From the IMG/VR virus record IMGVR_UViG_3300020471_000006, positions 128,001-192,000 of that record: a stretch of 64,000 nt of DNA. One strand, 5' to 3'. Positions within the stretch are counted from its first letter, which is position 1. Every line of letters starts with the position of its first letter. The stretch is from a virus. Lineage: Duplodnaviria; Caudoviricetes. A model generated the notes under the pieces. The model saw only the letters and a list, made by a program, of their open reading frames with translations. It was not told where the DNA came from and did not search any database. Below are positions 9,415 through 19,148 of the stretch, one piece after another. The translations under genes were made by a program, and so were the position numbers.

Positions 9415-9738
9415 ATGGCATCTGGAATATTGGGGACTCAACAATCCCTAGCCGCAAATACATTAACAACAGTATATACAGTACCTGCGAGTACAGTAGC
9501 ATACTGTAACTTCAACATTGTCAACACTAATGCAACCCCAGTTGATGTAAGAGTAGCTATTGCAGCTGCTGATACACCATCTGCTGCTGAGTATGTTGAG
9601 TACAATGCTGAGATCGGAGGATACGGAGTTCTAGAAAGAACTGGATTCGCTATGCAAACAGGTAAGAAACTTGTTGCCTTCTCAGACACAACTGGCGTGA
9701 GTATCTCTGCCTATGGTGTTGAAGAATCAACTTCCTAA
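9415..9738 (+). CDS. Small virion structural protein (about 100-aa beta-rich domain)
   Basis: TVYTVP...N...VRVAI...Y...YG pattern also present twice in the 22914 protein. Confidence 0.75.
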   Translation: MASGILGTQQSLAANTLTTVYTVPASTVAYCNFNIVNTNATPVDVRVAIAAADTPSAAEYVEYNAEIGGYGVLERTGFAMQTGKKLVAFSDTTGVSISAYGVEESTS

Positions 9739-9740
9739 TT

Positions 9741-9748
9741 AATAAATA
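9741..9748 (+). promoter_or_regulatory. Late promoter variant AATAAATA
   Basis: Intergenic, followed by AAGGAG SD and ATG 9773. Confidence 0.65.
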
Positions 9749-9772
9749 GATTTACAAGGAGATTTTAGAACA

Positions 9773-10096
9773 ATGGGACGCAACCTCACACCTGCATCTG
9801 ACACAAGAGAAACCGTAGCAGTTACTTCAGCACATTCTATATTGGCTGGACAAATTTTGCTACTTGATACTACTAGTGCTGCATTCACAGTAACTTTACC
9901 TGCTAATGGTAAATTAGGAGACAGAATCAATTTAATTGATGCTGCTGGTAACTGTGATGTTAACAAAGTAACAGTATCCAGAAATGGACACAAGATCGCT
10001 AACTTGGCTGAAGATCTTGATTTCGATTTGAAGAACGCTTCACTTGAGCTCATTTATACAGGTTCAGCCTACGGATGGTCAATTCTATCCAACTAA
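9773..10096 (+). CDS. Small tail-fibre protein, single gp34-like domain
   Basis: LDTTSAAFTVTLPA...GDRINLIDAAG...NKVTVSRNG.KI...AEDL...L.LIYTG..YGW matches the long-tail-fibre proximal repeat pattern; paralogous to the C-terminal half of the 4387 protein. Confidence 0.7.
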   Translation: MGRNLTPASDTRETVAVTSAHSILAGQILLLDTTSAAFTVTLPANGKLGDRINLIDAAGNCDVNKVTVSRNGHKIANLAEDLDFDLKNASLELIYTGSAYGWSILSN

Positions 10097-10114
10097 TTCA
10101 ACTAAGGTAGTAAA

Positions 10115-11041
10115 ATGTCGAGTTTACGAGATCTATTAGATGTACCTGAAGCAGATGTAGTCCCTATACAAACGTATATGGGCGGTGGTCAGCATCAGAT
10201 ATATTATAGAGGAAATATGTGTTGGCAGTTTGAGAGTTCGTATAACTACGACTGGCAACGTATAAGATGGTGCGTCCCTAACAGCTGCATCTGTAGGGTT
10301 AAGTTTGAAATCTGGGGTGGCGGTGGAGGCGGCTCTGGTACATGTTGCTGCTCTATTGCTTGGCCTGGTCACTCTGGTCAGTACAGTGCTTGTACTGTTT
10401 GTGCTGCTGTACAAAGTGTCTCCCAGTTAGACGGTTGTTGTTATGATATATGTGTCGCCAATGGTACGTGTAGATACCCTTCTGGCGGTGGTTTTGATGG
10501 TTGCAAATCCTATATTAGTGGTCCAGGATTAAGCGACTTCTGTGCATGTGGTGGTTGTCATGGTCATCAGTGTTGTCACTGGATTGATTCCTACTTTGCT
10601 TGTAGAACCAGAATAACAGATACTGGTAAATCTTGTTCTAGAAGTCAAAGCGAACACTATACAATTAATAGTAGTGATTGCATGGATCAGTGTGAAAAGT
10701 ATGGTAAGTGGTATTGGAACGGTCTTACTCCTTATATTCATTATGATTGCAACCCTGGTTGTGGTAACTATTGCATGAAGAAAGACTACCATCCATATCC
10801 TGCTATGTACGGTGCTCGTTATGGAGTTGTTAATGGTTACAGAAAGCATACTATGGCAACTTGTGGTAGAACTGAAACACTATGGTTGACAGGTAACAAC
10901 GGTGGACTCTCAGGAGACTGCTGGAGAAACGGTCCTCCTGGTTCTGGTGGTGTATCTGCTCAGGTGTTTGGTGGTGGTTGCTGCTGTTCTTCTGAGGGTG
11001 CTCATGGACTCGTAAGAATCACTCTATACTGTAAAACATAA
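10115..11041 (+). CDS. Cys- and Gly-rich adhesin-like protein, paralog 1
   Basis: 308 aa, 32 Cys by manual count; FEIWGGGGGG..CCC and C-terminal G.VRI motifs of glycine-rich (gp38/ALK-GRD-like) domains. Confidence 0.8.
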   Translation: MSSLRDLLDVPEADVVPIQTYMGGGQHQIYYRGNMCWQFESSYNYDWQRIRWCVPNSCICRVKFEIWGGGGGGSGTCCCSIAWPGHSGQYSACTVCAAVQSVSQLDGCCYDICVANGTCRYPSGGGFDGCKSYISGPGLSDFCACGGCHGHQCCHWIDSYFACRTRITDTGKSCSRSQSEHYTINSSDCMDQCEKYGKWYWNGLTPYIHYDCNPGCGNYCMKKDYHPYPAMYGARYGVVNGYRKHTMATCGRTETLWLTGNNGGLSGDCWRNGPPGSGGVSAQVFGGGCCCSSEGAHGLVRITLYCKT

Positions 11042-11051
11042 GGAAAGGCAA

Positions 11052-11990
11052 ATGAATTTACGAGAACTATTAGGAAGAGAATTTGCTTCGACAATACAAG
11101 AAACAGTTGCAGCAAATACTGCACTAGAAAGGAACCACGAAGGTAGAGTATTCTTATTCCATCCTTATTGTAACGAAGGTAACTGTGAAAGTAGTTACAG
11201 AGGTTACTGTCTTCAGTATTGGTGTGTTCCTTGTGGTACTACTCAAGCAACTTTCGAGTTGTGGGGTGGAGGCGGTTCAGGCGGTGGTGCTTGCTGCTGT
11301 CAACAAGGTATGCCTGGTGGTGCTGGAGGATACGTAAGAAAGACTCTTGAGTATCCACAGATACAAGGTGGTTGGTGTTATTCACTCTGTGTTGCATCAC
11401 CTAACTGCTGCTCAAGATGCTGCTGTGGTATTAGAGGATGTAAAACATGGGTTAGTGGTTGTAACTTAAACAACCTCTGTGCTGATGGTGGACTTCCTGG
11501 TAAGACATGTTGCTGGGCTTTCTGGAACTCAACATATAGATGCCAAGATAAAGTTTCTTGGGGTGGATGTGGAGGATGGAGACTTCACGAAGATGGAGCA
11601 TGCTCCTACGGTGGAGATGAGATGATTAAGGGAAGACCTGGTGCTTTCATCACTCACTGTAATGATAATAACTGTTGGACAAAAGGATTGATGCCTTATC
11701 CTGCTGGTCTTATCAATCAAAAAGGTGGATGGTTAACACAAAACTATCAAGGTAATGCATGTATACATCAATACATGTATTGCTCAGGTACGACTCCTTG
11801 GGCGTACAACATTAACTGTAACGGTGGTCCAGGACTTCCTGGAACTGGTGCTCCTTCTGCTACTGCGTGTGGTGGTGGATGCTGTTACGGATGGCGTGGT
11901 GGCGGTGGATTCATTAGAATCACATACTGCTCATGCTGGTTACAGACAAGTTCACAGAACGAAGACTGTGCTTGGTACTACTTTAACTAA
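11052..11990 (+). CDS. Cys- and Gly-rich adhesin-like protein, paralog 2
   Basis: 312 aa, 34 Cys by manual count; FELWGGGGSGGGACCC...GGAGGY...GGGGFIRI. Confidence 0.8.
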   Translation: MNLRELLGREFASTIQETVAANTALERNHEGRVFLFHPYCNEGNCESSYRGYCLQYWCVPCGTTQATFELWGGGGSGGGACCCQQGMPGGAGGYVRKTLEYPQIQGGWCYSLCVASPNCCSRCCCGIRGCKTWVSGCNLNNLCADGGLPGKTCCWAFWNSTYRCQDKVSWGGCGGWRLHEDGACSYGGDEMIKGRPGAFITHCNDNNCWTKGLMPYPAGLINQKGGWLTQNYQGNACIHQYMYCSGTTPWAYNINCNGGPGLPGTGAPSATACGGGCCYGWRGGGGFIRITYCSCWLQTSSQNEDCAWYYFN

Positions 11991-12013
11991 ATAAGAGGAC
12001 AGAGGCACTATAG

Positions 12014-12919
12014 ATGGCTAATACAAATTTACGAGATCTATTAGGATTCGTTACATCAGATTCATTGGAGGGACTATCAGCACCCGATGCTACCACAAAA
12101 CTAGCAAGACTACCGTCTGCTGGTTATTGTGTACAGTATATTCACGGTGCTTGTGGTTCAACTTGTAGTGAACATTCCACCAATTACAACTACTATAGGT
12201 ATCCACTCTGGTGTATTCCTACTGGAGTCTGTGATGTTATCTTCGAAATCTGGGGTGCTGGAGGCGGTGGAGGATCATCCTGCTGCTGTTCTAGGGGCAT
12301 GCCTTCTGGTTCTGGTGCATATGCGTGGAAACGTATTACAGGTGCTGCGTCATCTCTTCAAGGATGTTCATATGATATTCATGTAGGTAGACCTGGTTGT
12401 GGTAGAACTGGATCACAGTGTGGTAATCAAGGTGGTACTAGTTACATCACTGGTTATGGTTTGAGTAACTTCTGTGCTAGAGGTGGACATGGAGGATGCT
12501 CATGCTGCTTCCTATGCTGCTGCACATGGAATGCTCAATCAATGGGTAGTTGCCCTTATGGTTGCTGTGCAACTTATCACGGTGCAGACGGTGGAGCATA
12601 CGGTGTTCCTGGTGCTGCTTACGTATTCTGTTACAATAACCATTGCTGGAACAAACAACACGTTCCTTATCCTGCTGGATTAGTTAATGGTAAAGGTGGT
12701 TGGATGACTGCTGTTACTTGTGAAAACAGTGGATGTGGACATTGCATGCTACATTGGGCATCTGCTCAGTTAGGATGGGGTGGATCATTCTCTGATCACA
12801 ACTATGTACCTGGTGTTGGTGGACCTTCTGGTTGGACTTGCAGTGGTGGTTGTTGTCGTGGAGAGAACGGTACTGCTGGTATGATCCGTATCAACTTCAA
12901 GTACGACGAAAACTTGTAA
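12014..12919 (+). CDS. Cys- and Gly-rich adhesin-like protein, paralog 3
   Basis: 301 aa, 29 Cys by manual count; FEIWGAGGGGGSSCCC...GSGAYAWK...YDIHVG.PG...GGTSY...ARGGHGG...G.AGMIRI. Confidence 0.8.
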   Translation: MANTNLRDLLGFVTSDSLEGLSAPDATTKLARLPSAGYCVQYIHGACGSTCSEHSTNYNYYRYPLWCIPTGVCDVIFEIWGAGGGGGSSCCCSRGMPSGSGAYAWKRITGAASSLQGCSYDIHVGRPGCGRTGSQCGNQGGTSYITGYGLSNFCARGGHGGCSCCFLCCCTWNAQSMGSCPYGCCATYHGADGGAYGVPGAAYVFCYNNHCWNKQHVPYPAGLVNGKGGWMTAVTCENSGCGHCMLHWASAQLGWGGSFSDHNYVPGVGGPSGWTCSGGCCRGENGTAGMIRINFKYDENL

Positions 12920-12923
12920 ATAA

Positions 12924-12931
12924 TATAAATA
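12924..12931 (+). promoter_or_regulatory. Late promoter TATAAATA
   Basis: Exact consensus, intergenic. Confidence 0.8.
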
Positions 12932-12955
12932 GGAAAGTATAGGTAATCAAAGGTT

Positions 12956-13810
12956 ATGGCTTTTACAAAAACATTCACATATAAAGTACCAGATGATTAT
13001 TTGGCACAAACTGATTCTTTAGGAAAGACTGCTGAATGGACATATGATGGTCCAAGATGGTTGTTCGTTTTCGTTGATAAGGAAACTAACAAATGGATTC
13101 CTTCACAGTCATGTATCGGATTGAATAGAGAGCCAACATCTGGTGACATCGAGCATGCAAATGTACGTGCTGGTATAGATGAAATCGCAGTCCAGATTGA
13201 CATGGCTTCTCCTACTGACGAAGAAGCAATCATTGGTTCTATCCTCTTCCCTAAAGATACTGGTAAAGCATCTGGTTATCCACAAAAGGATTACAAGATT
13301 TCTGGAGACGATACAGTATATTACTCACGTCCAGAACCAATCTCTCCTGACCATGCCTATGCAGCTGATGAGATCGAGTATGATCCAGCAGCAGGTGCTT
13401 GGAAGTCTCCTCTTCCTTGGTTCAAGCCTTGGATTTCAATGGAACAGCATAAAGCAGCAAGAGATACTCTAGTTGCAGATGCTCAAGCAAACCTAGACGC
13501 AGAAGCAACTGAGAATGGTGGTCAGGGTAACCTTACTGACCAGCAAAGAGCTGCTCTTACAGCATTTATTGGCGAATTAAACGGTATCTATACAAAGTTC
13601 CCTGCTGCTGATGGTTGGGGACCACACATGATTCCATTCCCTGATGATCCTCGTACTCCTTGGATTGATGGATATGACTATCGTGTTACAGACTACGAAG
13701 AGTTGATTGATGCTGCAACAGGATTAACTAAGTCTTCTGATGTTCCTGCTGCTGATGTTGTTGAAGATGTACAACAACAAACACTTAGAGACGGCACAAA
13801 AGCTGATTAA
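12956..13810 (+). CDS. Putative tail-fibre assembly chaperone-like protein
   Basis: C-terminal LTDQQRAALTAFIGEL...FP...IPFPDDP resembles the LT..Q....YR..LRDLP..FP...WP.P tail-assembly chaperone pattern; follows the adhesin-like genes. Confidence 0.5.
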   Translation: MAFTKTFTYKVPDDYLAQTDSLGKTAEWTYDGPRWLFVFVDKETNKWIPSQSCIGLNREPTSGDIEHANVRAGIDEIAVQIDMASPTDEEAIIGSILFPKDTGKASGYPQKDYKISGDDTVYYSRPEPISPDHAYAADEIEYDPAAGAWKSPLPWFKPWISMEQHKAARDTLVADAQANLDAEATENGGQGNLTDQQRAALTAFIGELNGIYTKFPAADGWGPHMIPFPDDPRTPWIDGYDYRVTDYEELIDAATGLTKSSDVPAADVVEDVQQQTLRDGTKAD

Positions 13811-13829
13811 AAAGTTCGAGATGGATCGG

Positions 13830-13857
13830 AAGGACGGAGTAAAATCCGTCCTTTTTT
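13830..13857 (+). terminator. Rho-independent terminator
   Basis: AAGGACGGA-GTAAAA-TCCGTCCTT perfect 9-bp stem followed by a T run. Confidence 0.9.
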
Positions 13858-13862
13858 ATGCG

Positions 13863-13870
13863 TATAAATA
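13863..13870 (+). promoter_or_regulatory. Late promoter TATAAATA heading the modification-enzyme block
   Basis: Exact consensus directly after the terminator. Confidence 0.8.
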
Positions 13871-13918
13871 GTAGCGAAGTTGAATAAATCCTTCTATATC
13901 ATTCTATATTAAAATATT

Positions 13919-15100
13919 ATGAGACCCAAATCGTTTTTTATTAACGGTGGAGCTGGACGTGTACTATGCTCTATCCCTGCATTTGAAAAATATGCGGAAG
14001 ACCATCCAGACGAAGACTTTGTAATAGTCTGCGAAGGTGGTACAGATTTCTATAAAGGTCATCCTATTCTACACAGGAAATGCTACGATCACTGGCATAA
14101 AGATCTTTTCGAAGACAAGATTAAACACACAGATATAGTTACACCAGAACCATATAGAATCTGGCATTACTATAATCAAAAATGCAATCTCTCTCAAGCA
14201 TTTGACATTGAGATTAATGGTTTAAAAGAACCAAGAGAACTTCCTGCACCAACAATCAAACTTTCCAGAGAAGAAGAAACAACTGGAATATTTGTTGTAG
14301 AAGAGGTTCGTCAAAGAACTAAGAAAAAGAAAACCGTAGTCTTCCAACCTTTTGGTAGAGGAGTTCAGACTGCTGGTAATATTATTATGGATACTTCTGG
14401 TAGAAGTTTCGAGTTTAATAATGTTGTTAGTATCATTAAGAAGTTGCAGAAAAAATATTCTGTTATTCTTCTATCAGAATTAACAATTGATTTTGAGAAA
14501 GAAGGGATGACTGATACTGTATCTCATCCTGTCAACAGACCATTGAGAGAACTTGCTGGTGCTATTAAAGCAGCAGATTTATTCATTGGATGTGATTCTG
14601 TTGGGCAACATATTGCTAAAGCATTTGGTAAACCAGCAGTTGTAGTTGTTGGGTCTACATTCAAAGAAAATATCAGTTACCCAGATGACAAGAAGTTTAG
14701 TGTTCTTGATATGGGTGAAGGTATGAGAGTATACGATCCTATTCGTATTACTATTGATGAGTATACTAACAGAGTCAATGATCGTATTATGGCGATGAAT
14801 GATAAGGTTGAAGCTGTTATCATGCAAGAGGTTGATAAACTGATGAAGAAGTATTATAAAGCTTCTGATAAAGTTATCAGACTTCCTGATGAGATGCAGC
14901 AGCAAGTAGATTATACTTTACAGATGGAAGAGGACATGAAGAAGCAAATGGCTTCTGGAAAACAACCAACTGTTCCAACAGGTATGATGAAACAATCCAA
15001 CAATCCAAATTTGATTCCAGCATTGATGGCAGATACTAAAGACATTAAACCACTAAGCAAAGTTCCTTCTGGATTTGCTGACTTAGCGAAAGGTAAATAA
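13919..15100 (+). CDS. GT9-like (heptosyltransferase-fold) glycosyltransferase
   Basis: LRELAGAIKAADLFIGCDSVGQHIAKAFGKPAVVVVGST matches the GT9 nucleotide-sugar-binding motif; N-terminal GGAGRVLCSIPA matches the GG.GD.l...P pattern. Confidence 0.7.
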   Translation: MRPKSFFINGGAGRVLCSIPAFEKYAEDHPDEDFVIVCEGGTDFYKGHPILHRKCYDHWHKDLFEDKIKHTDIVTPEPYRIWHYYNQKCNLSQAFDIEINGLKEPRELPAPTIKLSREEETTGIFVVEEVRQRTKKKKTVVFQPFGRGVQTAGNIIMDTSGRSFEFNNVVSIIKKLQKKYSVILLSELTIDFEKEGMTDTVSHPVNRPLRELAGAIKAADLFIGCDSVGQHIAKAFGKPAVVVVGSTFKENISYPDDKKFSVLDMGEGMRVYDPIRITIDEYTNRVNDRIMAMNDKVEAVIMQEVDKLMKKYYKASDKVIRLPDEMQQQVDYTLQMEEDMKKQMASGKQPTVPTGMMKQSNNPNLIPALMADTKDIKPLSKVPSGFADLAKGK

Positions 15101-15101
15101 T

Positions 15102-16802
15102 ATGATTATTTTATGTGTTGCACGTGGTCACAACGGTAGTACCACACTAATGGTAGACGGTGAGATAGTCTTCTATCTCGAAGAAGAGAGGCTTAGTAGA
15201 TTTAAGTATGATGGATCTCCTATGCTAGGTATACTTAAAGCATTTGAGTATGTTGATCATATTGATCATCTAGTTGTATGTCATACACATAGATCTGGTC
15301 CTAATTTAGATTGGACTGGTGAGCATATGTATGAGGGATTTGTAAGAAAGATTGCTAGAAAGAAATGGGAATTTGAAACAACTTATATTGATTTGAATCA
15401 CCATGAGATGCATGCTGCATGCGGTTTCTATAATTCTGGATTTGAATCTGCTGCATGTGTTATTGCAGATGGTGCTGGAAGTTTCTTAAATATGCAAGAA
15501 GTTCCAGATACTTTGTATGAATTTGAAACCATCTTCCATGCAGAGTATCCAGAAGAGTTTGAATCTGTATGGAAACATATCGGAACTAAAGCTGCTATTG
15601 GTTTCCATGAACCAGAACCTAATACATTCATTACTGAGTATCCTGGTCATACTAAAATGTATGAAGCAGTAACACAGTACTGTGGATTCCCTGCTATTGA
15701 AGCAGGTAAACTTATGGGTCTTGCACCATATGGTAAACCTAATGATGAACTACCATCATTCTTTAATGGAGAATGGGGTAATAGAGATTTGATTGTTCCA
15801 ACATATCCTAATGCTGCTACTATTAATGAAAGTAGATTCCAAATACTTAAAGATGATCGTAAACAGCATCAACAAGGTGAAGGTGAAAGAATAGATCATA
15901 CAGATGTACAGAAGGATATGGCATATAAGATTCAGGAAGAAACTTCTGAACGTATGTGTCAATTGATTGAGAAAGCAGTTGAGTTAACTGGTGAAAAGAA
16001 CATTGTAGTCTGTGGTGGTTATGGTCTCAACTGTGTAGCAAACTATAAGTACTGGGATCGTTTCCCTGATCTAAACATCTATTGTGAACCTATCTCACAT
16101 GATGGTGGTACATCTATCGGTGGAGCACTTTATAAGTTACATCAACTTACTGATAATGAAGAACCTAGAAAGCAAGCATCTGTTTATTATGGTCCTCAGT
16201 ATGATCCTACTACTTATGAAGATGCTATTGCTGGACGTGATGTAACAGATACTGATTATGATTCAGTTGCTGCACTCATTCGTGGAGGTAATATTGTTAC
16301 TATCTTCCAAGGAAGATCAGAAGGTGGTCCTCGTGCTTTAGGTAATAGATCTATTCTCTTTGATCCTACTGTTAAAGATGGTAAGGATATTGTTAATGGT
16401 GTTAAGCACAGAGAATGGTTCAGACCATTTGCATGTTCTATTAAGAAGGAACACGTTCATGAGTGGTTTGATTTGAAAGGAAGAGATGAAACACCACACA
16501 TGATGTATGCTGTAGAGTGTCTTGAAGGTGTTGAGGAGAAGATTCCGTCAGTAATTCATGTTGATGGAACTTGTCGTATACAAACTGTAACTGAGGAACA
16601 AAATGAACATTACTATAAACTCATTAATGCTTTCCATAAAATTACAGATGTACCTATACTCTTTAACACTAGTTTCAATCTTGGAGGCGAACCTCTTGTT
16701 GAAACTATCCATGATGCGTTAGAGACATTAGATAATAGTGAGATCGAGTACATGTATCTCCCAGAAATTCAAAAGCTAGTTAAGGTTCCTAACCGTGACT
16801 GA
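15102..16802 (+). CDS. O-carbamoyltransferase (NodU/CmcH/TobZ family), paralog 1
   Basis: EEERLSR.K, HHEMHAA, DGAG, GKLMGLAPYG, LNCVAN, GPRALGNRSIL, REWFRPFA, HVDGTCRIQTV, NTSFN motifs. Confidence 0.92.
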   Translation: MIILCVARGHNGSTTLMVDGEIVFYLEEERLSRFKYDGSPMLGILKAFEYVDHIDHLVVCHTHRSGPNLDWTGEHMYEGFVRKIARKKWEFETTYIDLNHHEMHAACGFYNSGFESAACVIADGAGSFLNMQEVPDTLYEFETIFHAEYPEEFESVWKHIGTKAAIGFHEPEPNTFITEYPGHTKMYEAVTQYCGFPAIEAGKLMGLAPYGKPNDELPSFFNGEWGNRDLIVPTYPNAATINESRFQILKDDRKQHQQGEGERIDHTDVQKDMAYKIQEETSERMCQLIEKAVELTGEKNIVVCGGYGLNCVANYKYWDRFPDLNIYCEPISHDGGTSIGGALYKLHQLTDNEEPRKQASVYYGPQYDPTTYEDAIAGRDVTDTDYDSVAALIRGGNIVTIFQGRSEGGPRALGNRSILFDPTVKDGKDIVNGVKHREWFRPFACSIKKEHVHEWFDLKGRDETPHMMYAVECLEGVEEKIPSVIHVDGTCRIQTVTEEQNEHYYKLINAFHKITDVPILFNTSFNLGGEPLVETIHDALETLDNSEIEYMYLPEIQKLVKVPNRD

Positions 16803-17436
16803 TCATTTTGAAGATATCTTAGTTATTGATGATGTAATCAGTCCAAGATATCAGGAGCATCTTAGACAATCCGTTATGGATTCTAAGTTCCCATGGTACT
16901 TCAATCGTGATATAACAGCACCTTTGTGGTATTGGGAACAGAATAAACTTAATGATTCTAAATTAGAAGTTGAGGATGCTCTATTTACTGGGTTTATGCA
17001 CATCCTTTGGGGGAGAGAGGGTAAGGAATCTGAGTCGTATGATATCTTCGTTCCTCTCTTGTACTCGATGGAAGAAAAGATCAATATGACTATCAAGGAT
17101 CTTGTTCAATTAAGATTGGGTCTCTTTACATTGAACAAGAACAAACACCCTCATCATGTTCCACATGTTGATTATCAGGGTGATGGGTTGAAGTACACAG
17201 CAATCTATTACCTGAATGATAGTGATGGAGATACACATTTCTTTAATGAATTTTTAGATCCTAGTATCAAAAGGTTCATTAATGGGTATGACCCCAGTCT
17301 CTTTACCGTTGCTAAAACTGTTAAACCTAAATCAGGTAGATTAGTTTTATTTGATGGTCGAAGATATCATGCCTCTCGCTATCCAGAGAGCACAACAGAA
17401 CGTATTGTATTGAATATAAATTTTAACCCTGTTTAA
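16795..17436 (+). CDS. 2OG-Fe(II) oxygenase
   Basis: PHVD...AIYYLNDSDGDT...PKSGRLVLFDGRRYHAS...RIVLNIN (HxD...H...R). Confidence 0.8.
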   Translation: MTDHFEDILVIDDVISPRYQEHLRQSVMDSKFPWYFNRDITAPLWYWEQNKLNDSKLEVEDALFTGFMHILWGREGKESESYDIFVPLLYSMEEKINMTIKDLVQLRLGLFTLNKNKHPHHVPHVDYQGDGLKYTAIYYLNDSDGDTHFFNEFLDPSIKRFINGYDPSLFTVAKTVKPKSGRLVLFDGRRYHASRYPESTTERIVLNINFNPV

Positions 17437-17438
17437 TT

Positions 17439-19148
17439 ATGTGGATACTTGGTGTTAATAGATCTCATGATGCTGCTATTTGTCTCATGAAAGACAATGA
17501 TGTAGTGCTGTCCATACAGGAAGAGAGATTAACACATGTCAAATATGACAGAGAAGTATTCAATGCTCTGGATAAAGTAGCTGAAATTACTAAAGAAATT
17601 GACTTATGTGCTTATACACATTTGTACAATACTAAATGTGATTTTGGACCTTACTTTAAATACATTAAACGTATAGGGATTAAAGTCAAGAGGTATGTAG
17701 AAGCAAAGGATTATCACCATTCTCTACATGCCTCTTGTGCGTACTATAATTCAGGATTTGATAAAGCAGGTATACTTGTAATAGATGGTGCTGGTGCTGA
17801 CCATGAGTGGGGTAAGGAGAATGAAAGTATATTCTATTTTGATCAAAATCCCAATGCAGTAACATGCCTAAGTCAAAAGATTATTGGGTATTCAAATCAA
17901 AAGGTTGAAGGAGCACCACCATTTGTACATCCTACAAAAAATATTGGTGCTGGATTTGTTTACTCTGGTATCACAGAATATCTGGGATGGGATAGTTTAG
18001 AGTGTGGTAAAACTATGGGTCTTTCATCATATGGAGAACCCAATGATAGAATAAAACAAATGATATCTGAGGATGGTGGAAATGAAAATATATTTACCTT
18101 AACAGATTTCAATGAACATAAGAATGTGAATACTGTTGTTCGTCCTTATGATTACATAGCATATTCTAAGGATGAAGATGATAAGTTCCAAAGACATGCA
18201 GATCTAGCATATAGATTACAAAAAGATTTTGAAGAGTATGTGTATCAAAGAATTATGGATACACATAGATTAAGTGGATGTAATGATATCATCTTTACTG
18301 GTGGATGTGCTTTGAATTGTGTTGGTAACTATAGAATACTACAAAGATTACCAGAACATATTAATCTATATGTTGAACCTATGTCTAGTGACTGTGGTAC
18401 TGCTATGGGAGCAGCATATATTACTTACGCAAGGGAATGCCCTAAGCAGTATAGACGTAAAAGAATAAGACCATTATCACATCTTTATTTTGGTCAACCT
18501 ATTAAGTATGATTATGAATTAAAAGATAATGAATTTAAGGTATGTGAGGTTACACCTCAGAGGGTTGCTGAACTTATTAGTGACGGTAATGTAGTTGCTA
18601 TCTGTCAAGGTAGATCTGAGAATGGTCCTCGTGCTTTAGGTAATCGTTCTATACTATATGATCCCCGTGCTGTAGACGGGAAAGATATTGTTAATAAAGT
18701 AAAGAAGAGAGAACATTGGAGACCGTTTGCTGGCACAGTACTTGCTGATCATGCACATGAATGGTTTGATATGGATAGGTTGCATGAATCACCACATATG
18801 ATGTATGCTGTAAATGTACTAAAATCAATGATAGAGAAGATACCATGTATCACTCATGTCGATGGTACATGTAGAATTCAAACTCTAACAAAAGATCAGA
18901 ATCCAAACTACTATAAATTAATAGAGGCATTCTATGAATTAACAGGTGTGCCGATATTATTCAACACATCTTTTAATTTGGCTGGTGATACTATAGTGGA
19001 AACTATAGATGATGCTTTACTTACTATGAGAGAAAGTGAAATCTGTTATCTTTACTTACCTGAGAAAGCAGAACTACTATTCATACCTGATGCATCAGAA
19101 CCATCTATCAAAAGATTATCATACAAAGATTGTAATTCACTACTATGA
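17439..19148 (+). CDS. O-carbamoyltransferase, paralog 2
   Basis: QEERL...K, HHSLHAS, DGAG, GKTMGLSSYG, GGCALNCVGN, GPRALGNRSIL, REHWRPFA, HVDGTCRIQT, NTSFN motifs. Confidence 0.92.
   Translation: MWILGVNRSHDAAICLMKDNDVVLSIQEERLTHVKYDREVFNALDKVAEITKEIDLCAYTHLYNTKCDFGPYFKYIKRIGIKVKRYVEAKDYHHSLHASCAYYNSGFDKAGILVIDGAGADHEWGKENESIFYFDQNPNAVTCLSQKIIGYSNQKVEGAPPFVHPTKNIGAGFVYSGITEYLGWDSLECGKTMGLSSYGEPNDRIKQMISEDGGNENIFTLTDFNEHKNVNTVVRPYDYIAYSKDEDDKFQRHADLAYRLQKDFEEYVYQRIMDTHRLSGCNDIIFTGGCALNCVGNYRILQRLPEHINLYVEPMSSDCGTAMGAAYITYARECPKQYRRKRIRPLSHLYFGQPIKYDYELKDNEFKVCEVTPQRVAELISDGNVVAICQGRSENGPRALGNRSILYDPRAVDGKDIVNKVKKREHWRPFAGTVLADHAHEWFDMDRLHESPHMMYAVNVLKSMIEKIPCITHVDGTCRIQTLTKDQNPNYYKLIEAFYELTGVPILFNTSFNLAGDTIVETIDDALLTMRESEICYLYLPEKAELLFIPDASEPSIKRLSYKDCNSLL

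Noticed and set aside
10115-13810. Diversity-generating retroelement or invertible cassette acting on the adhesin-like paralogs
   Set aside because: No reverse transcriptase or invertase, and no near-identical template/variable repeat pair seen; the paralogs are similar only at protein level.
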